Assembly: GCF_004010195.1 (NCBI RefSeq)
Contig: NC_057738.1
Coordinates: forward strand, 41,693,693 to 41,757,692
Direction of reading: 5' to 3'
DNA: 64,000 nt
Source of the DNA: Chiloscyllium plagiosum
Lineage: Eukaryota
Positions within the stretch are counted from its first letter, which is position 1. Each line of letters opens with the position of its first letter. The position numbers and the translations under genes are program-made. The notes beneath the pieces are model-generated. The model was not told the origin of the DNA, did no database searches, and worked only from the letters and a program-made list of their open reading frames with translations. This document shows positions 1 to 11,399 of the stretch, piece after piece.

Positions 1-645
1 GAAGTCCCGCTGTAGTATGTTCCTCCTCTTCTTCCCGACATCATTTGTGCCGACATGTACCACCATCTCTGGCTCTTCACCTTCGTCCTTGAGGATTTCC
101 TGCACTCTGTTCATGATGTCTTTCACCCTGGCACCAGGAAGGCAACACACCATCCTTAAGTCCCGTCTGCTGCCACAAAAACCCCGGTCAGTTCCTCTCA
201 CGATGGAGTCCCCTATTACCACGGCTCTGTGCGATGTCCGACTCTTCCGCTCTGCCTCCACACCAACTTTTGATTGACAGACCTGGCCTCCTCGCGGACT
301 GGCAGTGTCATCTGTCTCTACTGTTTCCAAAAGCTTCAACTTGTTCCTGACAGGTACTTCCCCCGGGGTCTCTTGCACCTGTCTCCTCTCTGCCTTCCTC
401 ATCGTCTGCTCTCTTCTGCTCTCTTCTGGTATGATTGGTGTAATAACATTGCTGAAGGTCCTGTCCAGAAAGATCTCGTTCCCTTGGATGAGCCTAAGGT
501 CCTCGAGTTCTTTCGTCAGTGCCGCGATATGCTCTGTCAGTGGCTGAATGTGCACACACTTTCCACACTTATACGAGCCAGACACACCAGAGTCGTTGAC
601 CTCCCACACCAAGCACGTAGCGCACTGAACCAGCTTGGCAGTCAT
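1..645 (-). CDS. CR1 LINE ORF1 protein (zinc finger, leucine zipper, SGNH/GDSL esterase); runs off the left edge
   Basis: Hand translation from ATG at 645: 215 codons without a stop. MTAKLVQCATC...YKCGKC (CxxC..CxxC), heptad LTEHIAALTKELEDLRL, then RAVVIGDSIVRG...VCCLPGARVKD...VVHVGTNDVGKK (SGNH GDS and GxND blocks typical of CR1 ORF1). Confidence 0.93.
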   Translation of the reverse strand, partial: MTAKLVQCATCLVWEVNDSGVSGSYKCGKCVHIQPLTEHIAALTKELEDLRLIQGNEIFLDRTFSNVITPIIPEESRREQTMRKAERRQVQETPGEVPVRNKLKLLETVETDDTASPRGGQVCQSKVGVEAERKSRTSHRAVVIGDSIVRGTDRGFCGSRRDLRMVCCLPGARVKDIMNRVQEILKDEGEEPEMVVHVGTNDVGKKRRNILQRDF

Positions 646-1030
646 GTCTTCATCCTCTTCAACTGTGGCATAATCACTTCACTCAACCTCCTTGTCAAAG
701 ACTCCTGAGCTAAAGCCTCACTCTTCAATCCACAGGAACTTCCTTGGACCTTCTTTTTGGGGCAAGTCTGTGGACTCTTAATTTAGGTTAGAGGTGGAGG
801 GAGGGAGGGAGGGAGGCCGTACTTTGTAGGACCTGGGGTCTAGAACACACCCACTCTAATAACAATCACTTACCTTCCTGACTGGCTTTGCGCTCTGTCT
901 TCGCTTCCGCCCAGCTCCCACTGCTCTCTGATGCGAAAAGGGGAGGGCAGGGATTAAATCAAAATAGAGTTGAAGGGGGAAATAATGCACTCCACTCACC
1001 GCGGTGCCCACCTCTCCCTGAAAATCTCAA
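1..1030 (-). mobile_element. 5' end (5'UTR plus ORF1) of a probably young CR1 LINE
   Basis: Intact ORF1 with retained CpGs; upstream boundary approximate. Confidence 0.75.
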
Positions 1031-3174
1031 GGGTGTTGGTGGACACCATGTGTTAATTCCCTGTTTCTATTGTTCAGCCCAGCTCCCCAGATTGGCCCAG
1101 GTTACAACTCCAATCAAGGATCTCATAATCAATAAGATCCACCTGGTTCTAATCACTACAGTACCTGACTGAATTATCCATGAGATTAGAGAGGTACATA
1201 CTTTGCTCCATGGTATTCCCTAGTCAATCTGAATCAATCTGAGCAATAAATCTTCTCAAAACTCGCTAATCTGAATCAATTATGCATGTAGTGCAGTTGT
1301 TGTGATCATTTGAAATTTGGCATACTTGAGTTTGTCCTGATGCTTACAAGCTTTAAATATTCTACAACATGTTTCACTGTTCATCAATAGTCAAGCTCTG
1401 AGCTATCTAGTGACACTATTCTGAATTGGTTCTTTCACAATCTCCAGATCAAAATCCTGAAATCTCCCCCTCTTTAACAATACGGTGAGTGTACCTTTCA
1501 CTCACAGTCTGCAGTGCTTTCATAATGTGGTTCATTCTCACTTTCTAAAGTAATTACAGAGGTAATTAATACTGGCCTTGCATGGATGACTCACCTAGCA
1601 AATAAATTTAAAGAGAAATAGGCAGACAATAGCAACTTGGTTTCCTTCGCCAATTTTCTCCCCTCTCTCCATCTCTCAGGACCACATCAAATGGTCCCTT
1701 AGATATGATCGATCCATTAACACTGGTTATCCTCTGGTAGCTCAACTGAGCAGCTATTATCCAGGTGTACATTGTTGTCAGCAGGCTATGCCTCATGAGA
1801 AACATCACAGCCAAGTCAAAGCTTTCCTCATCTGCTCCCCACACAAACACATCCAGTCGGGAATTCTTGATAATGATCCAGAGTGGCAAGCCTGAACAAT
1901 TCTTCCTCACTAGCACAGGCACAATGAGGACAATCAGAGCCTTCCTTCCAGCTCAAACGTGTTGAATAAAGCTGCAAAGGCTACAAAGGGAGAGTCAACG
2001 AGAAGGATTTAGAGGCATTTAATGTTTCCTAGTGGTGTAAAGCATTGGATTAATTTTAGTCTGGCTTGAATCAGATGGGTAATTAAAATAAGTACTGACC
2101 AGTCTGAATCCTTGTGAACTGTGTGTCTTTCAAGTTTTCAAATATGAAGTCTTTGATTGTTAAAATGCAACATGTTAAAATATGTTCCTCTACATTCGTA
2201 CATACAAACCAATCTTTTCGAGTACTTTGTATTGAATTTCATTCAACCATGAAATCAAAAATACACTGTTTCTCGCAGGAGAAATTGTTATAATTACATT
2301 CCTTAATCAGTGGTAGCATTTCTATGGTGTTTCATTTCATCAGGTTAATGGCAATGCAACTGGGGTCCTTGCCATGTTCTCGTCTGACTCCCTCACAACA
2401 GCCTGAACCCCCTCTTTTATTGTTGCTGCCAAATTGAGCAGAATGCAGCTGGATAAAACAAAAGCAATTTATTATGATGTAGAAACAGGTTAGCAATCAG
2501 GACAGCAGGCTGTGTGCCCTGCTGGAATTGAGCACAGCACTACTCATAATTAAGTCTATTTTAGCAGGCTCTGCTCTGCATACAGCTGAGCATAGCAACT
2601 TATACTGAATAAATATCACTTCCCACATGGTAACAACTTCAGTTACTATCGAGAAACCTCCTGGCTACAGAGCCTCAAAGCCCTGCTTTCACTGCTTCAT
2701 ACTGTTAAAGAGAGATGGAAATAGTGTAAGTCCAGTTTAAAGAGGTTGGGATCTGTGATTGCTTTGCCAATCGTGCATCAAGCCATGTTGGAATTGTCAA
2801 ACAAATTTACTAAGCGTAACTGTTACTTGTTGTGCATCTTATTTTCCCATGTATCCTCCAGGATTGACTGAGCGCTTCCAGGGCAGATTGACCTTGAGGA
2901 CTCTGGTGAACAATCCAGGAGGATATTCATGTACCTTTAAAAACAGATTGTATACTCAAGAAAGAAAAGTGGTCAAGGGTGATCAGACATGGGAGAAGAG
3001 GCTATATGGACTGAGAGTTGAGAAACATCCAATAAGGTAATGAGAAATCTGATCACTTTTTTGGATTGTCTGTGGGAAGTTAAGGGTGTGTTGGATGGCC
3101 AATGGCAGGTTAATGGGTGAGGAGGTGGGGGAGGAGCAGTAGGAGGCTTTGTCATGTGGTGACACTTCCAAAGG

Positions 3175-3720
3175 TGTGTTTATAGTCAGACCACACCTGG
3201 GATACTCTGGACATCTAAGGAAAGATATACTGATATTGGAAACATTCCAGAAAAGGTTCATTACTCTGTCAATCCAGCTTTGGTCTTTTTTCTTAAGAGG
3301 AGAATATGAGTAGGTTAGGCCTGTACTCACTGGAACTTAGAAGAAACAGAGGGGACCTTAATGACACATGTAAGATTCTTAGGGACTTGGCAGGGTAGAT
3401 GTGGAAAGATTGCTTCCTCTTGTGGGGCAGTCTAGGACCAGAGGGCATCACCTTAGGGTAAAGGGTCATCCATTTAAGACAGAAATGAGGAGAAAAATCT
3501 TCACCCAGAGGGTAATGAATCTTTGGAATTGTTTACCACGGAGTTTCTGTTTATTAAGTGTATCCAAAGCTCACAGGTTGAAAATCTGTCTATCAATAAG
3601 GGAATCAAAAGTTATGGGGAAAAGGCAAGAAAGTGGAGATGAGGGTGATCAGATCAAACATAAATGATGAAGTTGATTTAGTCAGCTGAATGTCTATTTC
3701 TGCTCCTGCATCCTATGATC
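3175..3720 (+). mobile_element. CR1 LINE 3' fragment, degraded
   Basis: VRPHL..., SRTRGHHLRVKGHPFKTEMRRKIFTQRVMNLWNCLP (CR1 ORF2 C-terminus). Confidence 0.9.
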
Positions 3721-4290
3721 GCATGAACAATGTAGGTTACTCTAATTACTGCCAGTAGCAAAGCTATAGGCTTTGGAAGATTTTTATGTCCTTCCTAGAC
3801 ATGCTGATCATAGACAGAAAGATTTAAAAAAAACAAATGTGGGTTCTATGTGTGAAGTTGAGGCTATACTCTCGGAGACAATGTTGACAGAGCAGATCTG
3901 TAGGTTTGCTGCTCTGTTCCACCTAAATGGGATTATATATCTCACCTGTTTCAGTAATGGCCATCAGGGTTACATACACTCACTTAAAAATTACATATAC
4001 ATCACGAAAGAATCTTAATCTCATTGAAATCTCTTGCAATACCACTAGAATAGACAAATGGCTCAGCCATGTTAGATCTTGCATTGGGCAGAAGAATGGG
4101 CAGTCTACTTCGATCGTCCCACAAAACACAGTGCTGTTACCAAACTATTCACTCATTACGAACAGGAATTAGTCAACAGTGCCAGAAAGCTATCAAACTA
4201 TTGGCCAATGGCACATTCATTTGGAAATAAGACTTCCCTAGGGGACCACTGCCACTGTATTGACTTGACAGATTTACAAGGCATAAGCTT

Positions 4291-4575
4291 CGGGTGAGAG
4301 GGGAAAGTTTTAAAAGGGACCTAAGGGGCAACTATTTCATGCAAAGGGTGGTGCATGTATGAATGAGCTGCCTGAAGAAGTGATGGAGGCTGGTACAATT
4401 ACAACATTTAAAAGACATCTGGATGAGTATATGAATATGAAGGGTTTAGAGGGATATGGGTCAAGTGCAGGCGAATGGGACGAGATTAGGTTAGGATATC
4501 TGGTCGGTATGGACGAGTTGGACCAAAGGATCTGTTTCTGGGCTGTACATCTCTATGGCTCTATGACTCTATGAT
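4291..4575 (+). mobile_element. CR1 (HER1-like) 3' end
   Basis: NELPEEVMEAGTITTFKRHLDEYM, then 3'UTR ending in ctctatg repeats. Confidence 0.92.
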
Positions 4576-5277
4576 AGTTCCTGCCAGGGAGGTACCATTG
4601 ATTTACAATATGTGGTCATCCAAGACAACCTCTGCATGATGGGTACATTAGGTCTGATTTTGCTGGAGTGGAGAACTTCAAGTATGTCTTGCCTTTTTAC
4701 AATTTTCATCGCATCCTCCAGCTTGAAAATGCTTCACTCAGAGATTGTTAGAAGTGATAATTTCCTACTGACAGCAATGGGATATCTGAGAACAATGAAC
4801 TATCACCTCAACTAATGAGGTTGCAGGCTTGAAAAAAGTAATTGGAGTGACTGAGAGAGAAAAAAATGGGTGAATTAGAGTCAAACCAAGGACTAAGAGA
4901 AAGAGAGGAAAAGGTATCTTGGATTAAAGAGAGGTGGGGAGCAAAACAGACAAGACCATTTCAAAATATTTTTAATTTTAATATGTAACAACAATTGAAT
5001 GGGGTTACACAGTTTAAACAGCTTCATCTCTGGGTGAGACAGGCTGACTGACATCATTTAAACACACATCTCCTTGTTAAAAAATAGTGCTTACACTATT
5101 AATGACCAATATTAAAGTTTTACAATGAGTTCAATCAACAAAGGACAAATGCAGCAATTTCACACATTCACTGGGAAGTTAAAGCTTTTTGAAAAGCCAG
5201 CAGTAACATAGAGAAATTCAAGCAGCAACTTGCAGGTCATTGACAATTCATAGATGCATAGATTTTTTGAACTCCCT

Positions 5278-6016
5278 TTACTGTGGAAGCAGCCACTCAG
5301 CCCATCAAGTCCACACCGATCCTCCGAAGAGCATCCCATAAAGAACCAACCCCCTACCTAATCCCTGTAACCCTGCATCAACATGATAAACCCAGGCCTC
5401 CTTCACCGCCGCTCCCTCACCACCAGACGCCTGGAGGAAGAGCGCCTCATCTTCTGTCTCTGAACACTTCAACCCCAGGGCATCAATGTGGACTTCAACA
5501 GTTTCCTCATTTCCCCTTCCTCCACCTCACCCTAGTTCCAAACTTCCATCTCATCACTGTCCCCATGACTTGTCCTACCTGCCTAACTTCTTTTCCACCT
5601 ATCCACTCCCCCCTCCCCCCGACCTATCACCTTCATCCCCTCCCCCACTCACCTATTGTACTCTATGCTACTTTCTCCCCACCCCCACCCTCCTCTCACT
5701 TATCTCTCCACCCTTCAGGCTCTCTGCCTGTATTCCTGATGAAGGGCTTTTGCCCGAAACATCGATTTTACTGCTCCTCGGATGCTGCCTGAACTGCTGT
5801 GCGTTTCCAGCACCACTCTAATCCAGACTGTGGTTTCCAGCATCTGCAGTCATTGTTTTTACCAACATGACAAACCCACCTAGCCTCATATCCCTGGACT
5901 CAATGGGTGATTTCCTGTGGCCAATCCACCTAACCTGCACATCTTTGGTCTGTGGGAAGAAACTGGAGCAACCAGTTGAAACCCACACAGACACAGGGAG
6001 AATGTGCAAATTCCAA
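5278..6016 (-). mobile_element. HE1-like V-SINE interrupted by a PLE fragment
   Basis: Matches other copies (ccacctaacctgcacatctttgg...gggagaatgtgcaaa); split at 5394/5863. Confidence 0.85.
5395..5862 (+). mobile_element. PLE 3' end (Neptune-type, family A) with hammerhead motif
   Basis: RRLEEERLIF..TLQPQGINVDF (GIY-YIG domain C-terminus); CTGATGA-A-GGGC-TTTT-GCCC-GAAA at 5736-5759; TSD caacatga(t/c)aaaccca at 5379-5394 and 5863-5878. Confidence 0.9.
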
Positions 6017-6344
6017 ACATTGATGGGGTATCTTTTCACAAATTGATAGAAAATTTACACATTAATAATGATGAGCCCCATTAATCTCATCTGTATTTTG
6101 GCAAGAAAATATAGAGAAACAATTTATTGACCAACAATGCTCCCTCTTGTCTGTGCTGTATCTTTTGTATGTTCTCCATTTGAATCTCATACTGTTTTCT
6201 TAATTACATAAATAAATGAATTTACAGATTATTGATATCTGCGCAAGTCTAATAGATTTGGATCCTCCCCAGATATCTTCACATTAGGCCATGACATGAC
6301 CTGGTACCAGCACATTTAATGCTTCATATTGAATAAATTAATTT

Positions 6345-6870
6345 AGGGGGGCATGGGGTGTGGGCATCATTGCCTGGGCCAGCATTTACTGCCCATCCCC
6401 AGTTGCTCTTGAGAAGGTGGTGATTTTCCTTCTTGAACAGCTGCAGTCCATCTGGTATAGACAGACCCTTGGGGAGTTCCAGGTTTTTGACCCAGCGACT
6501 CTGAGGAACAGCGATATATTTCCAAGTCAAGATGGTGAGTGGTTTGGAGCAGAATTTGCAGGTGGAGTTATTCCCATGCACCTGTTGCCCTTATCCTTCT
6601 GGATGGTCCTGTGTTTGGAAGGTGCTGCCTAAAGAACCTTGGTGAATTTCTGCTGTGCATCTTTAGACAGTAGCAGCAGTGTGCACTGAATGTCAATGGT
6701 GGAGGGAATGGATACGTGTGGATGTGGTACCAGTCAAAGGGGTTATTTTGTGCTGGATGGTGCCTTGCTTCCTGAGTGTTGTTGGAGCTGCACCCATCCA
6801 GGCAAGTGGGGAGTATTCAATCAGACTCCTGACTCATGCCTTGTAGATGATGGAAAAGTCTGTTTCTGGG
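6345..6870 (-). mobile_element. Old LINE (CR1/L2 group) 3' fragment
   Basis: Degenerate ORF2 end (..DGLQLFKKENHHLLK) and a 3' tail ggatgggcagtaaatgctggccc shared with a SINE family in this window. Confidence 0.7.
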
Positions 6871-7399
6871 AAGTTTAGAGGACAAAATTCAGGAACCATT
6901 TAACAGAAAGAACACTGCTTTCTCATTGACTTACCCCGTCCAAATATTTGGAGTTGATTAACAAAAATATTGAATGTGTTTGATATGTTTTTAGGGCTAA
7001 AGGGATCAAAGGGTTTAGGGAGAAAGTGAAAACAGGGAACTGAGTTGGATGTTTAGCCATGACCATATTAAATCGCTTGAGGGTCTAAAAGAGAATACTC
7101 AGTGTTATTGGTTAGATTCATTTCCAGGTTTTTGTTTCCCGAGCAATCCTCCAGTGATCTCCTTTCTACAGCAGCTGGCAGTCAGCTCCAGCTAGGGACT
7201 CCGGGCTAGGGGCTGACTCCGAATACATAATGAGGCTAACTTTGTCATCTTGACGAAATGCTTGATGATTATTCGAAGTGGTGCAAGGAGCAGAAAAGGC
7301 TGCATTTTGTCGTCTTGGCAAATCACACAAATGAAATGCCTGGCATGATGCATGCAAGAACATGGTGCGTTTGCAAGGTAGTCAAACAAATTTTTCAGA

Positions 7400-7617
7400 G
7401 TTAAAAATCACACAACAGCAGGTTATACTCCAACAGGTTTAATTGGAAGCACACTAGCTTTCGGAGCGACGCTCCTTCATCAGACGATACTCTTGATGAA
7501 GGAGCATCGCTCCAAAAGCTCGTGTGCTTCCAATTAAACCTGTTGGACTATAACCTGGTGTTGTGTGATTTTTAACTTTGTACACCCCAGTCCAACACCG
7601 GCATCTCCAAATCATGA
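7400..7617. mobile_element. Miniature palindromic PLE insertion (family B)
   Basis: Inverted arms 7400-7483 and 7493-7576, tail 7577-7617, exact 12-bp TSD aaatttttcaga at 7388-7399 and 7618-7629. Confidence 0.92.
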
Positions 7618-7894
7618 AAATTTTTCAGACGTCTTGATCCCTTTTGAATTTTTTGAACAATTGCATCACTCCTTCAAATTTTACTGTTTTCAATAAACAT
7701 CAAACCTTCCAGTTTTTCATTGATTTACACAGTAATAACCAGAGTTAATATCAAACAATACCGTCCTTATTCCAGTGTGTAAATCTTATTATTTTTAAAG
7801 GCCTTACTTCACATATACCAATTTTAACATATACTATTTTCCTTAACAGGGCAGTTACACCATTTTTAAAATGATTTTGCTTTTTAGTGAATCT

Positions 7895-8490
7895 AGGAGT
7901 TGAAGTGACATGTTACGGCTGTCCAGGACATTGGTTCGGTCATTTCTGGAATATTGCGTTTCAGTTCTGATCTCCCTGCTGTAGGAAACATGTTAAACTT
8001 GAAAGGGTTCAGAAAATATTTACAAGGATGTTGCCAGGTTGTGAGGGTTTGAACTATAGGGAGAGGCTGAATAGGCTGGGGCAATTTTCTCTGGAGCGTC
8101 AGAGGCTGAGGGATGACCTAATAGAGGTTTATAAACTCATGAGGGACATGGATAGGGTGAACAGCCAAGGTCTTTTCCCCAGAGTAGGGGAGTCCAAAAC
8201 TAGAGGGCGTAGGCTTAAGGTAAGAGGGGAAAGATATAAAGGAGACCTAAGGGGCAACGTTTTCACGCAGAGGGTGGTACTTGTATGGAATGAGCTGCCA
8301 GAGGAAGTGGTGGAGGCTGGTACGATTACAACATTTAAAAGGCATTTGGATGGGTATATGAGTAGGAAGAGTTTGGCGGGATATGGGCCAAATGTTGCAA
8401 ATTAGACTAGAATAATTTAGGATATCTGGTTGGTGTGGATGAATTGGACCGAAGGGTCTATTTCTGTGCTGTGCACCTCTATGATTCTAT
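7895..8490 (+). mobile_element. CR1 (HER1-like) 3' fragment
   Basis: ORF 8028-8405: RERLNRLGQFSLERQRLRDDLIEVYK...FTQRVVLVWNELP, plus 3'UTR. Confidence 0.95.
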
Positions 8491-8908
8491 GTTGAAAAAT
8501 CAGTCATGATCACAGAGTTTATTGCCTGAGACATGGATCAGAATAACAGCAGCTCTTGGCCTGCGAAGAGGCAGGTAGCATCTGTGCCAGGGAGAGGCTA
8601 TTTCCAACATGAGATACTGCGTCTCAAATTACAACAGTGACTACACTTCTAAAGTACTTGATTGACCATGAAACACTTTGAGGTGCCCAAGGGATCATGA
8701 AAGGAACAATAGAGATGCAATCTGCCCCTTCCTTCAGTCATTTTTTTTCTTTGACCTTCAGAAACATGACAACCAAATTTTCCACCACCATTAAGTGTGT
8801 GTTTTCTTGGTGCAGCCATATCAACCCTTTCATCTGGTGAATGAATGTCCTGCAAAACATGATTCGCCTCCCAGTCTTTCAAACCCCATTTTCAAGGCTC
8901 ATCAGGAA

Positions 8909-9014
8909 TATGTGATGCTGGTGTTGGACTGGGATGGACAAAGCCAAAAATCACACAGCACCATGTCCAAGTAAACCTGTTGGACTATAACCCGGTGTTG
9001 TGTGATTTTTAACT
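8909..9014 (-). mobile_element. Family B miniature hairpin insertion lacking the hammerhead centre
   Basis: Tail plus short inverted arms (aaaaatcacac.. / ..gtgtgattttt); TSD tcatcaggaa at 8899-8908 and 9015-9024. Confidence 0.8.
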
Positions 9015-9239
9015 TCATCAGGAAAAAGGTAGAGAGCTCACCATTGGTCTGGCTGAGCGTATCACAAGCATACTTATGAAGCCTGGCGCAATCCACAGAG
9101 AATAGTACGATTCAGGGAAAAACAGTTTACTAGGGTCTATATCCTTCACTGGCATATTGTACCCCAGTCTATCAAATCTCGAGGATGGACTGCAACAGCT
9201 GAACAATGATAATATTTCGTCTTCAGGATATGATTGCGG

Positions 9240-9590
9240 ATCTACACTCCTGTGCAGTGTTTTATCAGGTAGTGTTGCACAATCAGAGATGCCATTTTTC
9301 TGATGACCTCCTAAACTGAGGTCTAGTCTGTTCTCAGAGGTGAATATAAAAGGTCCCACAGAGAAACAGGGGAGTTACTCCCGGTGTCCTGACCAATATT
9401 TATTGCTTTGCAGATGTCACAAAAACAGACAATTTGTTCGAGATGATGTTTCTGCTTGCGGTAACCTGCTGTGTGCAAGTTAGCTGCTGTATTTCTTACA
9501 CCACAACAGTGACATATACTACAAAACCGCTTCAGTAAACTGTCAGAATACTTTGAGATAGTCACGTGGAGTAATGCAATTAACGCCAGA
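9240..9590 (+). mobile_element. DeuSINE (SacSINE1-like), diverged
   Basis: Deu-domain-like gtgaatataaaaggtccca..ggggagttactcccggtgtcctgaccaatatttat and tail acaacagtgac; related tail fragments near 8615-8730 and 9800-9845. Confidence 0.7.
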
Positions 9591-10059
9591 AACAGAAACA
9601 AAGATGGTGTACTTATGTGGCCCGAACCACATGGTTAACAAGAGAGCTGGAAGCAGACAGGAACACAAATTCATGTGAAGAGAATACGTGGACACACTAA
9701 GCTCTCAACAAAGCATTCTTCCAGAAAACTCTATGAACACCTGCAGTTTTACTTGTGGTGACTAAATAGAGTCAGGCTCCATAAACATGACACATTAGTT
9801 CAGGAGTTGTGAAAGGTGTTATATAAATGCAAGTTTTTTTTGCTCTTTAAAGTAAGAGAAGAACAGTATGGCCCTCCATTCCATCCTGACTTGGGCATAG
9901 CATATAGTTCCACCATCATTGCTGAGTCAAAATCAGGGCATTCCTCATACTTGCAAGAGTTTGAGATTCGTTGGTGAAAACTGAATCCACTGCCACAAAC
10001 TAATCTGACTTTAATCCAATCCATTTTCACCTATTTATATTTCTATTTACACCCATTTT

Positions 10060-10285
10060 ACAGCTCTATCTTTCCTTCACCACCATTAGCAGTCCATTTA
10101 TCTTTTGTTTTGAAAGATTTGTTCCACTCTCTACTTCTCTCCCTCTGTCAACAACATAAAAATCATCATTTTCCAGCTACTTTCCGTTCTGAAAAGGAGT
10201 CATATTGGACTCAAAACGTTAACTGTGTTTTTCTCTCCATGGATGCTGCCAGATCTGCTGAGTTTCTCCAGCAATTTCAGTTTTA
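10060..10285 (+). mobile_element. PLE family C 3' end with decayed hammerhead motif
   Basis: gttctgaaaaggagtcatattggactcaaaacgttaac, then gatgctgccagatctgctgagtttctccagca. Confidence 0.75.
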
Positions 10286-10659
10286 AATCTAACTCTTCTT
10301 TGCAGGAACTGTGCAAGCCAAGTGCAAGGAAACTTTAATTGGCAGAACACCTTCGGTTTTTTTAAAAGATCATTGTGCTTTAGTTACCAGCAAGCAGAGT
10401 TATGAGCAAGAACATGTCTAAAATTCTTCTAATTAGAGATCACTACATATCTGCTGTGTAACTGAGAGCTGGGTTCAGTCTAGCATTGTTCAGAGCAGTT
10501 TAATGTCAACTTAAAGTATCAGAAAGGGCAGAACCAAAGTGTTATGAAAATAGAGAATTTCACAGTATTTTCACCTTGAATATTAACCTCTACATAACTC
10601 CTTTTGTTAAAATGGTTTTCATTGTGACAAGAAGATATAGACTGAAGAAGAAATCTATT

Positions 10660-10980
10660 CAGTTGCCAATTTATTCACAACAAGCTCCCACACACAGCAA
10701 CGTAATAATGACTGGGTAATCTGTTTTAATTAGGTTTTTGTATAATGAATATTGCTAAGGCAATCTGAGAAAACAGTTTAAAATAGTGGGCCTGGGTTTT
10801 TTTGCTGCCAGCTGAGGGCTGAGGGTTACTTTATTGCAAACTTCGCCTGAAGGAAGGCATCTCTGACAGTGCAGCAGTCCGGGAGTGGAGTCTAAATTGA
10901 TATTTATTTTTGCTCAAATCTCAAGAGTGCAATGTGGACCCACAACTACTGACTCAGAAGCAAGGGTGTTGCCCCCTGAA
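10660..10980 (-). mobile_element. DeuSINE-like copy
   Basis: Reverse similarity to 9240-9590 (caagctcccac..cagcaa, ggcatctctgacagtgcagca). Confidence 0.6.
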
Positions 10981-11019
10981 TTAAGAATAACGCAGTGCAT
11001 TAAGAATGCTTCCATTAAA

Positions 11020-11375
11020 CCATAAACCAAGAGCAGAATTAGGCCATTCAGTCCGTTCAGTATGCTCCGTCATTCATTGAGTTCATGGCTGCTCTGCTAG
11101 CCCTCAAATCCATTTTCCTGCCTTTTCCCCTTAATCCTTGACTCCTGTCCTGATTAAAAATCCATCTATGCCTTGAATATACTTAATGACACAGCCTTGA
11201 AAGTCATCTGTGGTAAAGAATTCCATAGATTCACAATCTTCTGAGAGAAGAAAATCCCCCTTTGTCTAAAAATGTGTCACCCATACTCTGAGATGATGCT
11301 CTCTTGTTTGAGACTCTCTCACAAGAAGAAACAATTCTCCCTATCTATACTGTCAATTGCTCTATTAACCTTGAG
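11020..11375 (-). mobile_element. CR1 3' fragment
   Basis: Reverse match to the 3175-3720 type of CR1 end. Confidence 0.8.
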
Positions 11376-11399
11376 TTAATGTTTCAGATTCATTGACCT

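Noticed and set aside
17-708. Plus-strand ORFs of 80-144 aa
   Set aside because: Antisense shadows of the minus-strand CR1 ORF1.
4079-4297. ORF with WAEEWAVYF
   Set aside because: Only a faint resemblance to LINE RT W..W...F; too short to assign.
5736-5742. TGATGA as a snoRNA C box
   Set aside because: Repetitive context with helix II and GAAA fits a hammerhead core; no convincing terminal stem with a D box.
7400-7617. MITE or DNA transposon reading of the palindromes
   Set aside because: Arms derive from PLE pseudo-LTRs, one side has an unpaired tail, and TSD lengths vary (8-16 bp), unlike fixed-TSD DNA transposons.
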